Assembly: GCA_963978095.1 (NCBI GenBank)
Contig: CAXBQP010000061.1
Location: forward strand, 1 to 15,092
Direction of reading: 5' to 3'
DNA length: 15,092 bases
DNA from: an uncultured bacterium
GTDB lineage: Bacteria > Gemmatimonadota > Gemmatimonadetes > Gemmatimonadales > Gemmatimonadaceae
Positions within the stretch are counted from its first letter, which is position 1. The number at the start of each line of letters is the position of its first letter. A program made the translations under genes and the position numbers. The notes below the pieces were generated by a model, which saw nothing but the letters and a program-made list of their open reading frames with translations, made no database searches and was not told where the DNA came from. This document shows positions 1 to 8,082 of the stretch, in pieces.

Positions 1-872
1 GCCTGCATGCGCGAGGCTTTGTTCGTGGCGGTCGCGGGAATGAACTCTCCTCGGCCGGCTTTGGCGACGGCGCCGAGAAAAGCGGGGTCGTATCTCGTGA
101 TCACGACGGCACCAGCGTCGTCGCGCTTCTCGATGATCTCCGACCCGTCGATGACCGGGATCGTGGACCCGCCCTCCGTGCCGAACCCGACCATGACGAC
201 CCCGATTTCCGCGTCCGCCGCGGCCTTGGCCGCCGCCATGCTCTCCAGGTGATCATCAAAGGCCTCGCCGTCGCTGAGCACTACGAGCCCACGACCCGCC
301 GCTCCTTTGGCCGCGACCAACAGATCCGTCCCCTGACGGATCGCCGCCGCCATCGCCGACCCCGGTTGGCCCACGACGGTCGGGTCGAGATTGTCCAGGA
401 AGAGTTCGATGGCGCCGTCGTCGGTGGTGAGTGGCGAGAGGATGTAACTGCGACCGGCGAAGGCGAGCAGCGCAACACGATTGCCCGGCGCGAGGGCACG
501 GAATCGGCGCACTTCCTGTTTCATCCGCTCGAGGCGGGAGGGGCGCTCGTCGGTGGCCTGCATGGAGAGGGATGCGTCCAGGGCCAGTACCACGTCGATG
601 CCGTCGGCACGCACAAGGTTCGCGCCCGCGCCCCATCGCGGCCCGGCGAACGCGAGACCCATGAGGCCGAGTGCCGCGGAGACGCGCAGCGCACGGGCGC
701 GCGGTGCCCGACGCGCCTCCTCGGAGGCGAGGCGGACGATGGCGGCGTCCGTGCCGAGCGCGCGCAACCGGACCAGCCGCCGACGATGCCACCACCAGAA
801 GGCGGCACGGCCGCCCACGGCGAGGGCGAGCGCGCCGAGCACCATCCACGGGTAATCGAAGCGCGGCGTCAT
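1..872 (-). CDS. VWA domain-containing protein, BatB-like (3' end outside window)
   Basis: Not in the ORF track; translated by hand from ATG at 872, which overlaps the upstream stop as ATGA. Reads MTPRFDYPWMVLGALALAV...LAFAGPRWG...GIDVVLALDASLSM (MIDAS DxSxS)...RVALLAFAG...PLTTD...VVLSDGE...VGFGTEGGSTIP. Open for 290 codons to the window edge. Confidence 0.88.
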   Translation of the reverse strand, partial: MTPRFDYPWMVLGALALAVGGRAAFWWWHRRRLVRLRALGTDAAIVRLASEEARRAPRARALRVSAALGLMGLAFAGPRWGAGANLVRADGIDVVLALDASLSMQATDERPSRLERMKQEVRRFRALAPGNRVALLAFAGRSYILSPLTTDDGAIELFLDNLDPTVVGQPGSAMAAAIRQGTDLLVAAKGAAGRGLVVLSDGEAFDDHLESMAAAKAAADAEIGVVMVGFGTEGGSTIPVIDGSEIIEKRDDAGAVVITRYDPAFLGAVAKAGRGEFIPATATNKASRMQ

Positions 873-1858
873 GGCAGCGGGCCTCGCCACGCGAGCAGGA
901 GGAGTTCTCCGACCGCCGCAAGGAGCGCGACTGCCAATGGCCAGCGGTACAGGTCCCGGTACCGCACGAATCGCTGCGCGCGGATCGGCGACCGCTCGAG
1001 GTGGTCGATCTGTTCGTAGATGCGTTGGAGCGAGAGTCCGTCGCGGGCGCGGAAGTAGCGCCCACCGCTGACCTGCGCGATGTATGCGAGCAGCTGTTCA
1101 TCCAGCTCGACCGGACGCATTTCGTAGCGCAACCCGAAGGCGCCGCGTCCTACAGGGACCGGTGCCATCCCTTCGCTGCCGACCCCGATCGTGTACACGC
1201 GAATCCCGAGTGCGGCGGCGGCTTGTGCCGCGGTCCGCGGATCGATCGTGCCGCGATTGTTCACCCCGTCGGTCAGCAGGATCAAGACCTTCGACCGTCC
1301 TGGCGCCTTGACCAATCGATTCGCCGAGGTCGCGATGGCCGTACCGATGGCTGTGCCGTCCTCAAGTTGCCCCGGTTGCAGGTTGTCGACCGCGGCCATG
1401 ACCACCGGGTAATCGATAGTCAGCGGGACCTGGGTCAGCGCTTCACCCGAGAAGGCGACCAGCCCGACCTGATCGACCGTGCGCCCGGCGACGAACTGCT
1501 TGACCTTGTCCTTGGCGACTTCCAGACGATTCTGCGGCTGGAAATCCTCCGCAAGCATCGAACTGGAGAGATCGATCGCCAGCACGATACTGATACCGTC
1601 GCCTTGCACCTGCTCCACCCGTGCGCCCGCGCGAGGCCGAGCCAGGGCGACGGTCGCGGCCACGAGAGTCATGACCCGCGCGACGAGCAGCGCGCGCGCC
1701 GCCCAACGTCCGCGGGCGGGGCCGCGGGCCAGGACATCCGCGCGGGAAAACAGGATCGCCATCGGTCGCCGGCGACGGCGCCACCACATCCATGCGGCGA
1801 TGGGGAGCATGAGCAGCAGCCACCACGGCTCCGCGAAGTCGACACCCCGCCACGGCAT
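869..1858 (-). CDS. VWA domain-containing protein, BatA-like
   Basis: N-terminal FAEPWWLLL membrane segment, ALARP, MIDAS DLSSS, DGTAIG, LLTDG, YTIGVG, GGRYFRA and a C-terminal hydrophobic helix. Start overlaps the upstream stop (TGATG). Confidence 0.92.
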   Translation of the reverse strand: MPWRGVDFAEPWWLLLMLPIAAWMWWRRRRRPMAILFSRADVLARGPARGRWAARALLVARVMTLVAATVALARPRAGARVEQVQGDGISIVLAIDLSSSMLAEDFQPQNRLEVAKDKVKQFVAGRTVDQVGLVAFSGEALTQVPLTIDYPVVMAAVDNLQPGQLEDGTAIGTAIATSANRLVKAPGRSKVLILLTDGVNNRGTIDPRTAAQAAAALGIRVYTIGVGSEGMAPVPVGRGAFGLRYEMRPVELDEQLLAYIAQVSGGRYFRARDGLSLQRIYEQIDHLERSPIRAQRFVRYRDLYRWPLAVALLAAVGELLLLAWRGPLP

Positions 1859-2847
1859 CAGCGACGCCTCGGACGCTGTGGGCCGACATCCGCCGCACGC
1901 ATTCGCGCCTCGTGGGCGTCCTGCACGTCGCGCACAATCCGCCGGGCTTCCGCGGCGAGCGCCTCAGCCGATTCGGCGTCGAGCGGCGTTGCAGCGAAGC
2001 GGAGTTCCGCGTCGCGGGTGAGGAGTGCTTCGAGCGCATCGCGGCGCGAGGGGAACGGCTCATCAGCCAGACGGGCGACGAACTCGGAGGGGGTGAGCGC
2101 GGGATGCGCGGAGGGGAACCGGCGGGAGAGGTACTCCCGCAGGACATCCACGTGGGCGATCACGTGGCGGGCGGGCTCACCCGCGTGATGCAACGCCATT
2201 CGCTCGAGCGCGGCGAACCCTGCCGCGGCCACGATCGCCGCCTCACGCTCCGGCGGTTGCGGCGCTGCGCGGGATCGCCGGTACCACCACCAGCCCAGGA
2301 GCACCGCGACCAGCGTTCCCAGCAGCAGCCAGAGTTTCCAGAGCGCACTCGGGGTCGGCACCGGATCACGCGGCGGCTTGGCGACGCGGTCGGAGGTGTC
2401 AGCCGGGAGCATCGTGCGCACATGCACCGGAGGAATCCGCAGTTCGATGCGTTCGTCGACTCCGCTCACCGACACCACCACGGCGCCAAGCGCGACTTGG
2501 CGGTCCCCGATGTCCCATGCGGCGAGACGATACGTCGCGGTCCGGTCAGTGAGCGGGCCCGTCGAGTCGGCGACGACGCGGGGGTCGAGCGCCTCGATGG
2601 CGTCGCCGCTATCGGGAACCGCCGGAAAGCGGATGATCGCGGCCGTGACGGCCTGCACGCGAACCGCGACGACGAAGGGTTGGCCCACCACGACGGTCTC
2701 CGGACGTACGCTGACCGAGACCCGCGCGTTCCGCGCCGGCTGCGCCGCCTGCGCCGCGAGGGTACGCGGTACTCCGACCTCGCCCGCGGCGGTCACGCAG
2801 GCCAGCCAGCAGCACCACCATCGCCGCATCACGCCGCGCCCGCTCAT
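1858..2847 (-). CDS. Membrane-anchored hypothetical protein of moxR/bat operons (BatD/DUF4381-like)
   Basis: Signal-like N-terminus, beta-rich region (VSVRPETVVVGQPFVVAVRV), Pro-rich linker, one TM helix (LWLLLGTLVAVLLGWWWYRR) and helical C-terminus (LREYLSRRF...LTPSEF). Lies between DUF58 and VWA genes with start/stop overlaps at both ends. Confidence 0.75.
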   Translation of the reverse strand: MSGRGVMRRWWCCWLACVTAAGEVGVPRTLAAQAAQPARNARVSVSVRPETVVVGQPFVVAVRVQAVTAAIIRFPAVPDSGDAIEALDPRVVADSTGPLTDRTATYRLAAWDIGDRQVALGAVVVSVSGVDERIELRIPPVHVRTMLPADTSDRVAKPPRDPVPTPSALWKLWLLLGTLVAVLLGWWWYRRSRAAPQPPEREAAIVAAAGFAALERMALHHAGEPARHVIAHVDVLREYLSRRFPSAHPALTPSEFVARLADEPFPSRRDALEALLTRDAELRFAATPLDAESAEALAAEARRIVRDVQDAHEARMRAADVGPQRPRRR

Positions 2848-3743
2848 CGGCGCCTCGCCGTCCGGCCGCGAGTCTCGCGCACGTTGAAGAACCGGAGCAA
2901 CGGTTCAGCGAACCCACGGGCGGTGTCGACGAGGACTTCGTCGATCGCCAGGCGCCGGAGCATCCGCTGCCGCGCGAGCCGCTCTCCCGCAATGGCCATC
3001 GCGTACGCATCGCGCACCCCGGTAGCACTCGAGTCCACCTCGACGAGTCTCCCGCTTTCGGGATCCACCACGCGGATGACGCCGAGGTTCGGCAGCGTGC
3101 GTTCAGCGGGGTCGTCCATCACCACCGCCACCACGTCGTGCCGTTGCGTCACGGCGCGCAAGGCGCGATCGATCGGCGCGGTGACGAAGTCGGAGATGAC
3201 GAAGACCAGCGCCCGGTGGTGGAGCACACGCGCCGCGTAATCCAGCGCCTGTGCGAGATCCGTGCCGCGGTCGGTGGTCGGCCAGGCCAAGACGTCGCGC
3301 ACCAGCCGAAGCGCGTGCCGTCGGCCTTTGCGCGGAGGCACGACGTGCTCCACCCGGTCGGAACAGAGGATGAGTCCGACGCGATCGTTGTTGCGGGTCG
3401 CCGTGAGGGCGAGCACCGCCGCGAGCTCGGCGGCCAAACTCTGCTTGTCGCGTTCGCCCGTGCCGAACCGGCTGGACCCCGAGCAGTCGACGACCAGCAA
3501 CACGGTCAGCTCGCGCTCCTCGACATACCGCTTCACGAACAGGCGCCGCATCCGGGCGCTCACGTTCCAATCAATGGTCCGGACTTCGTCCCCCGGTTGG
3601 TATTCCCGGACCTCCGAGAACTCCATCCCCTGCCCCTTGAAGACCGAATGGTACTCTCCGGTGAAACGCGAGTTGACGAGCCCGCGGGTCCGCAGCTCGA
3701 TGCGCTTGACGTGCCGGAGGATCTCGGGGCTGATGCCGCTCAC
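2844..3743 (-). CDS. DUF58 domain-containing protein
   Basis: GEYHSVFKGQGMEFSEVREYQPGDEVRTIDWNVSAR, YVEERE, VDCSGS, NNDRVGL, VISDF. Directly downstream of moxR. GTG start. Confidence 0.93.
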   Translation of the reverse strand: MSGISPEILRHVKRIELRTRGLVNSRFTGEYHSVFKGQGMEFSEVREYQPGDEVRTIDWNVSARMRRLFVKRYVEERELTVLLVVDCSGSSRFGTGERDKQSLAAELAAVLALTATRNNDRVGLILCSDRVEHVVPPRKGRRHALRLVRDVLAWPTTDRGTDLAQALDYAARVLHHRALVFVISDFVTAPIDRALRAVTQRHDVVAVVMDDPAERTLPNLGVIRVVDPESGRLVEVDSSATGVRDAYAMAIAGERLARQRMLRRLAIDEVLVDTARGFAEPLLRFFNVRETRGRTARRR

Positions 3744-3773
3744 GCGCGCCCTCGCATCAGGCGACGGGGAGCG

Positions 3774-4754
3774 TCACGGCGCGGGCACGGTGTCGAGTAC
3801 GCGCGCGATGACCTGCTCGCTCGTCACGCTCTCCGCTTCGGCCTCGTAGGTGAGCAGCACACGATGCCGGAGGACGTCCGGAGCCATCGCCTTGACGTCA
3901 TCCGGCGTGACGAACGAACGACCGCGCAGGAAGGCATGGGCCCGGGACGACTGCGCGAGCGCGATGGTCGCGCGCGGACTCGCCCCGAACTCGATCAGCG
4001 GCACCAATTCGGGGAGTCGCGCGTCGGCCGGCGCCCGCGTGGCATGCACGAGATCGACGATGTAGTCCACGATGCGCTCGTCGAGAGTCAGCGCGGCCAC
4101 ATGTTGGCGAGCGGCGAGAATCTGCGCCGGCGTCGCCACGCCCTGCACGGCAATGGCATCGCCGCCGGCCATCCGCCGCATGATCTCCTTCTCCTCGTCG
4201 CGCGCGGGATACCCGACGCGGAGCTTGAGCATGAAACGGTCCACCTGCGCTTCCGGGAGCGGGTACGTCCCTTCCTGTTCGATCGGGTTCTGCGTCGCCA
4301 GGACGAGGAACGGTTCCTGGAGCGGGAAGGTCGTCCCGCCGATCGTGACCTGTTTCTCCTGCATGGCCTCGAGCAGGGCGGCCTGGACCTTGGCCGGCGC
4401 CCGGTTGATCTCGTCGGCGAGCACGATGTTCGCGAAGATCGGCCCCTGCTTCACCGAGAAGCGTCCGCTCGACTGGTCATAGACCTGCGTCCCGACCACG
4501 TCGGCCGGCAGCAGATCCGGCGTGAACTGGATCCGCGAGAAGGTGGTGTGGATCGTCTCCGCGAGCGTGCGCACGGTGAGCGTCTTGGCCAGCCCCGGCA
4601 CACCTTCCAGCAGCACGTGGCCGCCCGTGAGCAGGGAGATGATCAGTCGTTCGACCATCGTCTGCTGCCCCACCACGCGGCGGGCCACCTGGGTCAGTAC
4701 CTGCTGAATCAGTGCGTGGTCCGCGGTGAATGATTCGTCGTCGAGTCGCGTCAT
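3774..4754 (-). CDS. moxR: MoxR family AAA+ ATPase (MoxR-proper type)
   Basis: HVLLEGVPGLAKT (Walker A), RIQFTPDLLPAD, LADEINRA (Walker B), ATQNPIEQEGTYPLPEAQVDRF, GASPRA. Start placed at ATG 4754 (MTRLDD) rather than 5021, which would overlap rluB. Confidence 0.95.
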   Translation of the reverse strand: MTRLDDESFTADHALIQQVLTQVARRVVGQQTMVERLIISLLTGGHVLLEGVPGLAKTLTVRTLAETIHTTFSRIQFTPDLLPADVVGTQVYDQSSGRFSVKQGPIFANIVLADEINRAPAKVQAALLEAMQEKQVTIGGTTFPLQEPFLVLATQNPIEQEGTYPLPEAQVDRFMLKLRVGYPARDEEKEIMRRMAGGDAIAVQGVATPAQILAARQHVAALTLDERIVDYIVDLVHATRAPADARLPELVPLIEFGASPRATIALAQSSRAHAFLRGRSFVTPDDVKAMAPDVLRHRVLLTYEAEAESVTSEQVIARVLDTVPAP

Positions 4755-4819
4755 GGTTCCCAGGGAGAAGGACTGCCGGCCCGCACCGCCCGCGCCGACG
4801 GCACGCCAATCAATGACAT

Positions 4820-5548
4820 TCAGTCCGCGGAACGGGCCATGGCTTCCACGAGTTTCCGCTCCTTGGCGCTGAGCTGGCGCACCTCGCCGGACGCCAAGGA
4901 CCCGAGTTCGACCGGCCCGAAGCTCGTGCGAACCAGGCGGAGCACCTCGAGCCCCAGTGCCTCGCACATGCGACGGACCTCCCGATTGCGCCCCTCCGTG
5001 AGCGTGATCGAGAACGCCCACGTGCGGTCCCCGAGCGGCATGGCCTCCACGTATTCGGGGCGCACGAGTCCGTCCTCGAGCTCGACCCCGCGTTTGGCCT
5101 GCACGACGGCCGCCGGAGCGTTGCCGCTGACGGTCGCGACGTACGTGCGTTGCACCCCGGTGCTCGGGTGCGTGAGCGCGTGGGCAGCGTCGCCGTCGGT
5201 GGTGAGCAGGAGCACCCCTTCGGTCATGTAGTCGAGCCGACCGACATACGTGAGTCCCGGCGCGGCCGGAACGAAGTCGAAGACGGTCTTCCGTCCTTCA
5301 GGGTCGCGCGCCGTGGTCAGCACGCCCGGCGGCTTGTTGAGCACGAGCCAGCGCGGGGCTGCGGGAGCGGGAATCGCCTGGCCATCGACGGTGATCCGAT
5401 CGCGCCCCCACGCAACGCTCTGTCCCGTCTTGGCGACCGCACCATTGACCTGCACCCGGCCCGCCGCGACCAGTTCCTCCGCCTTGCGGCGCGACGCGAT
5501 TCCGGCACGCGCCAGAGCGCGTTGGATCCGCATCGGCTCACCGCTCAC
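4820..5548 (-). CDS. rluB: rRNA pseudouridine synthase, RsuA/RluB family
   Basis: S4-like N-terminus (RIQRALARAGIASRRKAEELV), LNKPPG, catalytic VGRLD, EGRNREVRRM, LRLVR. The position after scpB supports rluB; exact substrate specificity is inferred. Confidence 0.9.
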   Translation of the reverse strand: MSGEPMRIQRALARAGIASRRKAEELVAAGRVQVNGAVAKTGQSVAWGRDRITVDGQAIPAPAAPRWLVLNKPPGVLTTARDPEGRKTVFDFVPAAPGLTYVGRLDYMTEGVLLLTTDGDAAHALTHPSTGVQRTYVATVSGNAPAAVVQAKRGVELEDGLVRPEYVEAMPLGDRTWAFSITLTEGRNREVRRMCEALGLEVLRLVRTSFGPVELGSLASGEVRQLSAKERKLVEAMARSAD

Positions 5549-6087
5549 AGCGGCGCCGGCTCGCGGCGGAGTGCGATGGCGAGCTCATCCACGCGGGGGA
5601 GCTCCTCAAGGTGACGCAGCGCGAACTGCTCGAGGAACAGCGGCGTCGTGCCGTACAGCAGCGGACGGCCGAGCCCTTCACCACGGGCCACAACCTCCAC
5701 CAACCCGCGCTCGACGAGCGACTTGAGAATGGCGCCGACATCCACGCCGCGGATCTCGGCGATCTCGGCGCGGCCGATCGGCTGCCGATACGCGATGATG
5801 GCCAGCGATTCGAGCGCCGCGGCACTGAGCCGCTGCGGACGCACCGCCATCTGCGCGCGTTCGATCGCTTCGGTGTATTCCGGACGGGTGAGGATCAGCC
5901 AGCCGCCGCCCTGCTCCACGAGTTCGACCCCGTGACCATCCACGTCGTAGTGCTCCCGCAGCGATTCCAGCGCCGCTTGGAGCGCCGCCGGAGAGGATTC
6001 AGGGTCGAGCGCGGCGAGTTCGGCGGCCGGAATCGGTCGGGGACTCGCGAACAGCGCGGCTTCAAGCAGCTTCGCCAGCGGATTCAC
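5545..6087 (-). CDS. scpB: SMC-Scp complex subunit ScpB
   Basis: LEAALFAS, LSAAALESLAIIAYRQPIGRAEIAEIRGV, GRPLLYGTT..FLEQF.L..LEELP. Start placed at GTG 6087. Stop overlaps the rluB start (GTGA). Confidence 0.95.
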   Translation of the reverse strand: MNPLAKLLEAALFASPRPIPAAELAALDPESSPAALQAALESLREHYDVDGHGVELVEQGGGWLILTRPEYTEAIERAQMAVRPQRLSAAALESLAIIAYRQPIGRAEIAEIRGVDVGAILKSLVERGLVEVVARGEGLGRPLLYGTTPLFLEQFALRHLEELPRVDELAIALRREPAPL

Positions 6088-6811
6088 GGCGGATCTCCAC
6101 GTCAGCAAAAGGTCGGGGTTGCGCGATCTTCACTTCACTGCGCTTGGCCAACTCCAACAAGGCCAAGAGGCACGACAGGACCTCCCATGGTTCGGCCCCC
6201 GCGCGGATCACATCACGCCAGCGGGCCCGCTCGCGCAATGCGAGCACGTCGCGCACGGTGGTGATGGCCCCGTCCACGTCCAGCGCACGGGGAATCACCT
6301 CGTGGAGCGTGGGCTTGCGGGCCGCCCGAAGCACGCGATCCACGGCCACGAGGAGCTCGACCAGCGACAGCGCGAGCGGCGCCTGTGGTGGCGGCCCCAA
6401 CTCCGGGACATAGCTCCGCGCGAATCGATTGCGCCGGTCCTCGCCCATCCGCTCCAGGACATCCACGACCTCACGCATCTGCTGATACTCCAGCAGGCGA
6501 CGCACCAGCTCGGCGCGCGGATCCTCCCACGCCTCGTCCCCTTCGCGGCGCGGCAGCAGCAGCTGCGCCTTGATCCGCAACAGGCGGGCCGCCATCTCGA
6601 GGTATTCAGCAGCGTCGTTGATGGCCAGATCGCGCATCTTGGCGAGGAACTGCTCGCAGATATGGGCGATCGGGATGTCGTAGATGTCGATCTTGTCGTC
6701 GCGGATGAGCGACAACAGCAGATCGAGCGGCCCATTGAAATGGACCAACTCGACGACGAACCCGACAGGCGGGCTCTCGACGATGGCGGAGGTGGGGGTC
6801 AGGTCGTCCAC
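6062..6811 (-). CDS. scpA: Segregation/condensation protein A (kleisin ScpA)
   Basis: FNGPLDLLLSLI, IDIYDIPI, AAEYLEMAARLLRIKAQLLLP, EDPRAELVRRLLEY, LLALLEL. Start uncertain; GTG at 6811 chosen. Confidence 0.93.
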   Translation of the reverse strand: MDDLTPTSAIVESPPVGFVVELVHFNGPLDLLLSLIRDDKIDIYDIPIAHICEQFLAKMRDLAINDAAEYLEMAARLLRIKAQLLLPRREGDEAWEDPRAELVRRLLEYQQMREVVDVLERMGEDRRNRFARSYVPELGPPPQAPLALSLVELLVAVDRVLRAARKPTLHEVIPRALDVDGAITTVRDVLALRERARWRDVIRAGAEPWEVLSCLLALLELAKRSEVKIAQPRPFADVEIRRESAGEAA

Positions 6812-7479
6812 GGACTGGGAAGGATATACGGCCGAAGCACGTCCACAACCACCCCCGAGAACGCCCAGACCGGCTGCATCCACAGATTCAGGAACGGTCG
6901 GCCGAGCGTCACGAGCGCGAGGAGCATGAGGAAACCGAAGGGCGCGGCACGCTGGAACCGGAGCGACCACGCGCCCGGGAGCAGGTGCTTGACCACATGC
7001 GAGCCATCGAGCGGCGGGATGGGTATCAGGTTGAATGCCGCCAGGACGAGATTGATGTTGATGCCGTAGCTGAACATGACCTGCAGGAGCGCCGCCGAGT
7101 CGCTGACGACCGGCACCGCCCGCCCGAGCAGCCCGAGCCCGATGATCAGCGGGATGAGGATGATCGCCAGGCCGATATTCGTGACGATCCCCGCCAGCGA
7201 GACGATGATGTCACCGCGCCGGTAGTTGGTGTATTTGCGCGGGTTGACCGGAACCGGCTTGGCGCCGCCGAAGGCGACATGGTAGGTCATCAGCGTCAGC
7301 GCCGGGATCAGGATCGTGAAAATCGGATCGATGTGCTTGACCGGGTTCCAGGTGAGCCGGCCCAGCATGTACGCCGTGTCATCGCCCTGCGTGAGCGCTG
7401 CATAGCCGTGCGCGAACTCGTGGGCGACCATCGAGAACAGCAACACCGGCGCGACGAGGAGAAGTAGCTCGATGTCCAA
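6799..7479 (-). CDS. Site-2 protease family (M50) intramembrane metalloprotease
   Basis: HEFAH (HExxH), GRLTWNPVKHIDP, AKPVPVNP, VSLAG..TN, FNLIPIPPLDG (NxxPxxxLDG) and several hydrophobic segments. TTG start. Confidence 0.93.
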   Translation of the reverse strand: MDIELLLLVAPVLLFSMVAHEFAHGYAALTQGDDTAYMLGRLTWNPVKHIDPIFTILIPALTLMTYHVAFGGAKPVPVNPRKYTNYRRGDIIVSLAGIVTNIGLAIILIPLIIGLGLLGRAVPVVSDSAALLQVMFSYGININLVLAAFNLIPIPPLDGSHVVKHLLPGAWSLRFQRAAPFGFLMLLALVTLGRPFLNLWMQPVWAFSGVVVDVLRPYILPSPWTT

Positions 7480-7533
7480 GGGGCGGGTGAGGCTCGTCGG
7501 CGGAAGTGAGGCCCTCGCGGGCAGTCGTCAGGC

Positions 7534-7563
7534 AACATAACCGCGTGACGCGAACTGCGTCAA
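7534..7563 (-). promoter_or_regulatory. Putative sigma70 promoter for the site-2 protease/scpAB operon
   Basis: Minus strand TTGACG (7563-7558), 18 bp spacer, TATGTT (7539-7534), about 55 bp upstream of the TTG start. Confidence 0.6.
7546..7562. promoter_or_regulatory. Palindrome overlapping the -35 box and spacer; candidate operator
   Basis: TGACGC-gaact-GCGTCA, perfect 6-bp arms. Confidence 0.35.
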
Positions 7564-7618
7564 AGTGCGACAGTTCCCTTCGGCCTCACGCCCGAGCCCT
7601 CGGATGGCGTTGCTGCGC

Positions 7619-7647
7619 TTGACTTTCCGCCGCTTTCTGCCTACCCT
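7619..7647 (+). promoter_or_regulatory. Putative sigma70 promoter for rpsT
   Basis: TTGACT (7619-7624), 17 bp spacer, TACCCT (7642-7647), about 90 bp upstream of rpsT. Confidence 0.65.
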
Positions 7648-7738
7648 TCACGGCTCTGCCATAAGCAGAAAAACGGGTGCTCGGCATGCGTGTCGAAATC
7701 CGTCAGAACGCCTTCACCTCAAGTCCAGAGATCGTTTC

Positions 7739-7984
7739 GTGCCGAGAATTGCGTCCGCCAAGAAGAACATGCGGAAGTCGCGCGCCGCTGCGGTGCGCAA
7801 TCGCGCGCAGCGCTCCGCCCTGCGGACCGCTCTGAAGACCGCCAAGTCGCCCGATGCGACCCCCGCGCAGAAGACCGCCGCGGCCAGCTTGCTGGACCGT
7901 TCGGCCCGCAAGGGGCTGATCCACAAGAACAACGCGGCCCGTCAGAAGTCCAAGCTCGCCAAGGCCAAGGCTGCCGCGAAGTAA
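7739..7984 (+). CDS. rpsT: 30S ribosomal protein S20
   Basis: MPRIASAKKNMRKS...RNRAQRSALRT...LDRSARKGLIHKNNAARQKSKL, 81 aa, highly basic. GTG start at 7739. Confidence 0.96.
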   Translation: MPRIASAKKNMRKSRAAAVRNRAQRSALRTALKTAKSPDATPAQKTAAASLLDRSARKGLIHKNNAARQKSKLAKAKAAAK

Positions 7985-8001
7985 GCGTCTCCCGAGGTCA
8001 C

Positions 8002-8060
8002 TGCGTCGGCCTCCGACGCATGAGGGCCCCGCCGACATCACGTTGGCGGGGCCCTTCGCG
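8002..8060. terminator. Tandem hairpins between convergent genes; probable terminator
   Basis: TGCGTCGG-cct-CCGACGCA (8002-8020), then AGGGCCCCGCCGAC-atcac-GTTGGCGGGGCCCT (8023-8055; 14-bp stem with one G-U on the + strand). The U-tract is weak. Confidence 0.65.
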
Positions 8061-8082
8061 TTCTGCCGGTTCTCGTCGTGTC

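Noticed and set aside
7722..7731. AGTCCAGAGA just upstream of rpsT matches the first 10 nt of the PyrR-binding loop consensus
   Set aside because: The following GGCU needed to close the stem is absent (TCGT instead), and rpsT is not a pyrimidine gene. Most likely a coincidence with the RBS region.
7739..7984. S20 is a few residues shorter than typical (81 aa); possible pseudogene
   Set aside because: Both conserved termini, a promoter and a terminator are intact. The shortening is in the variable middle region.
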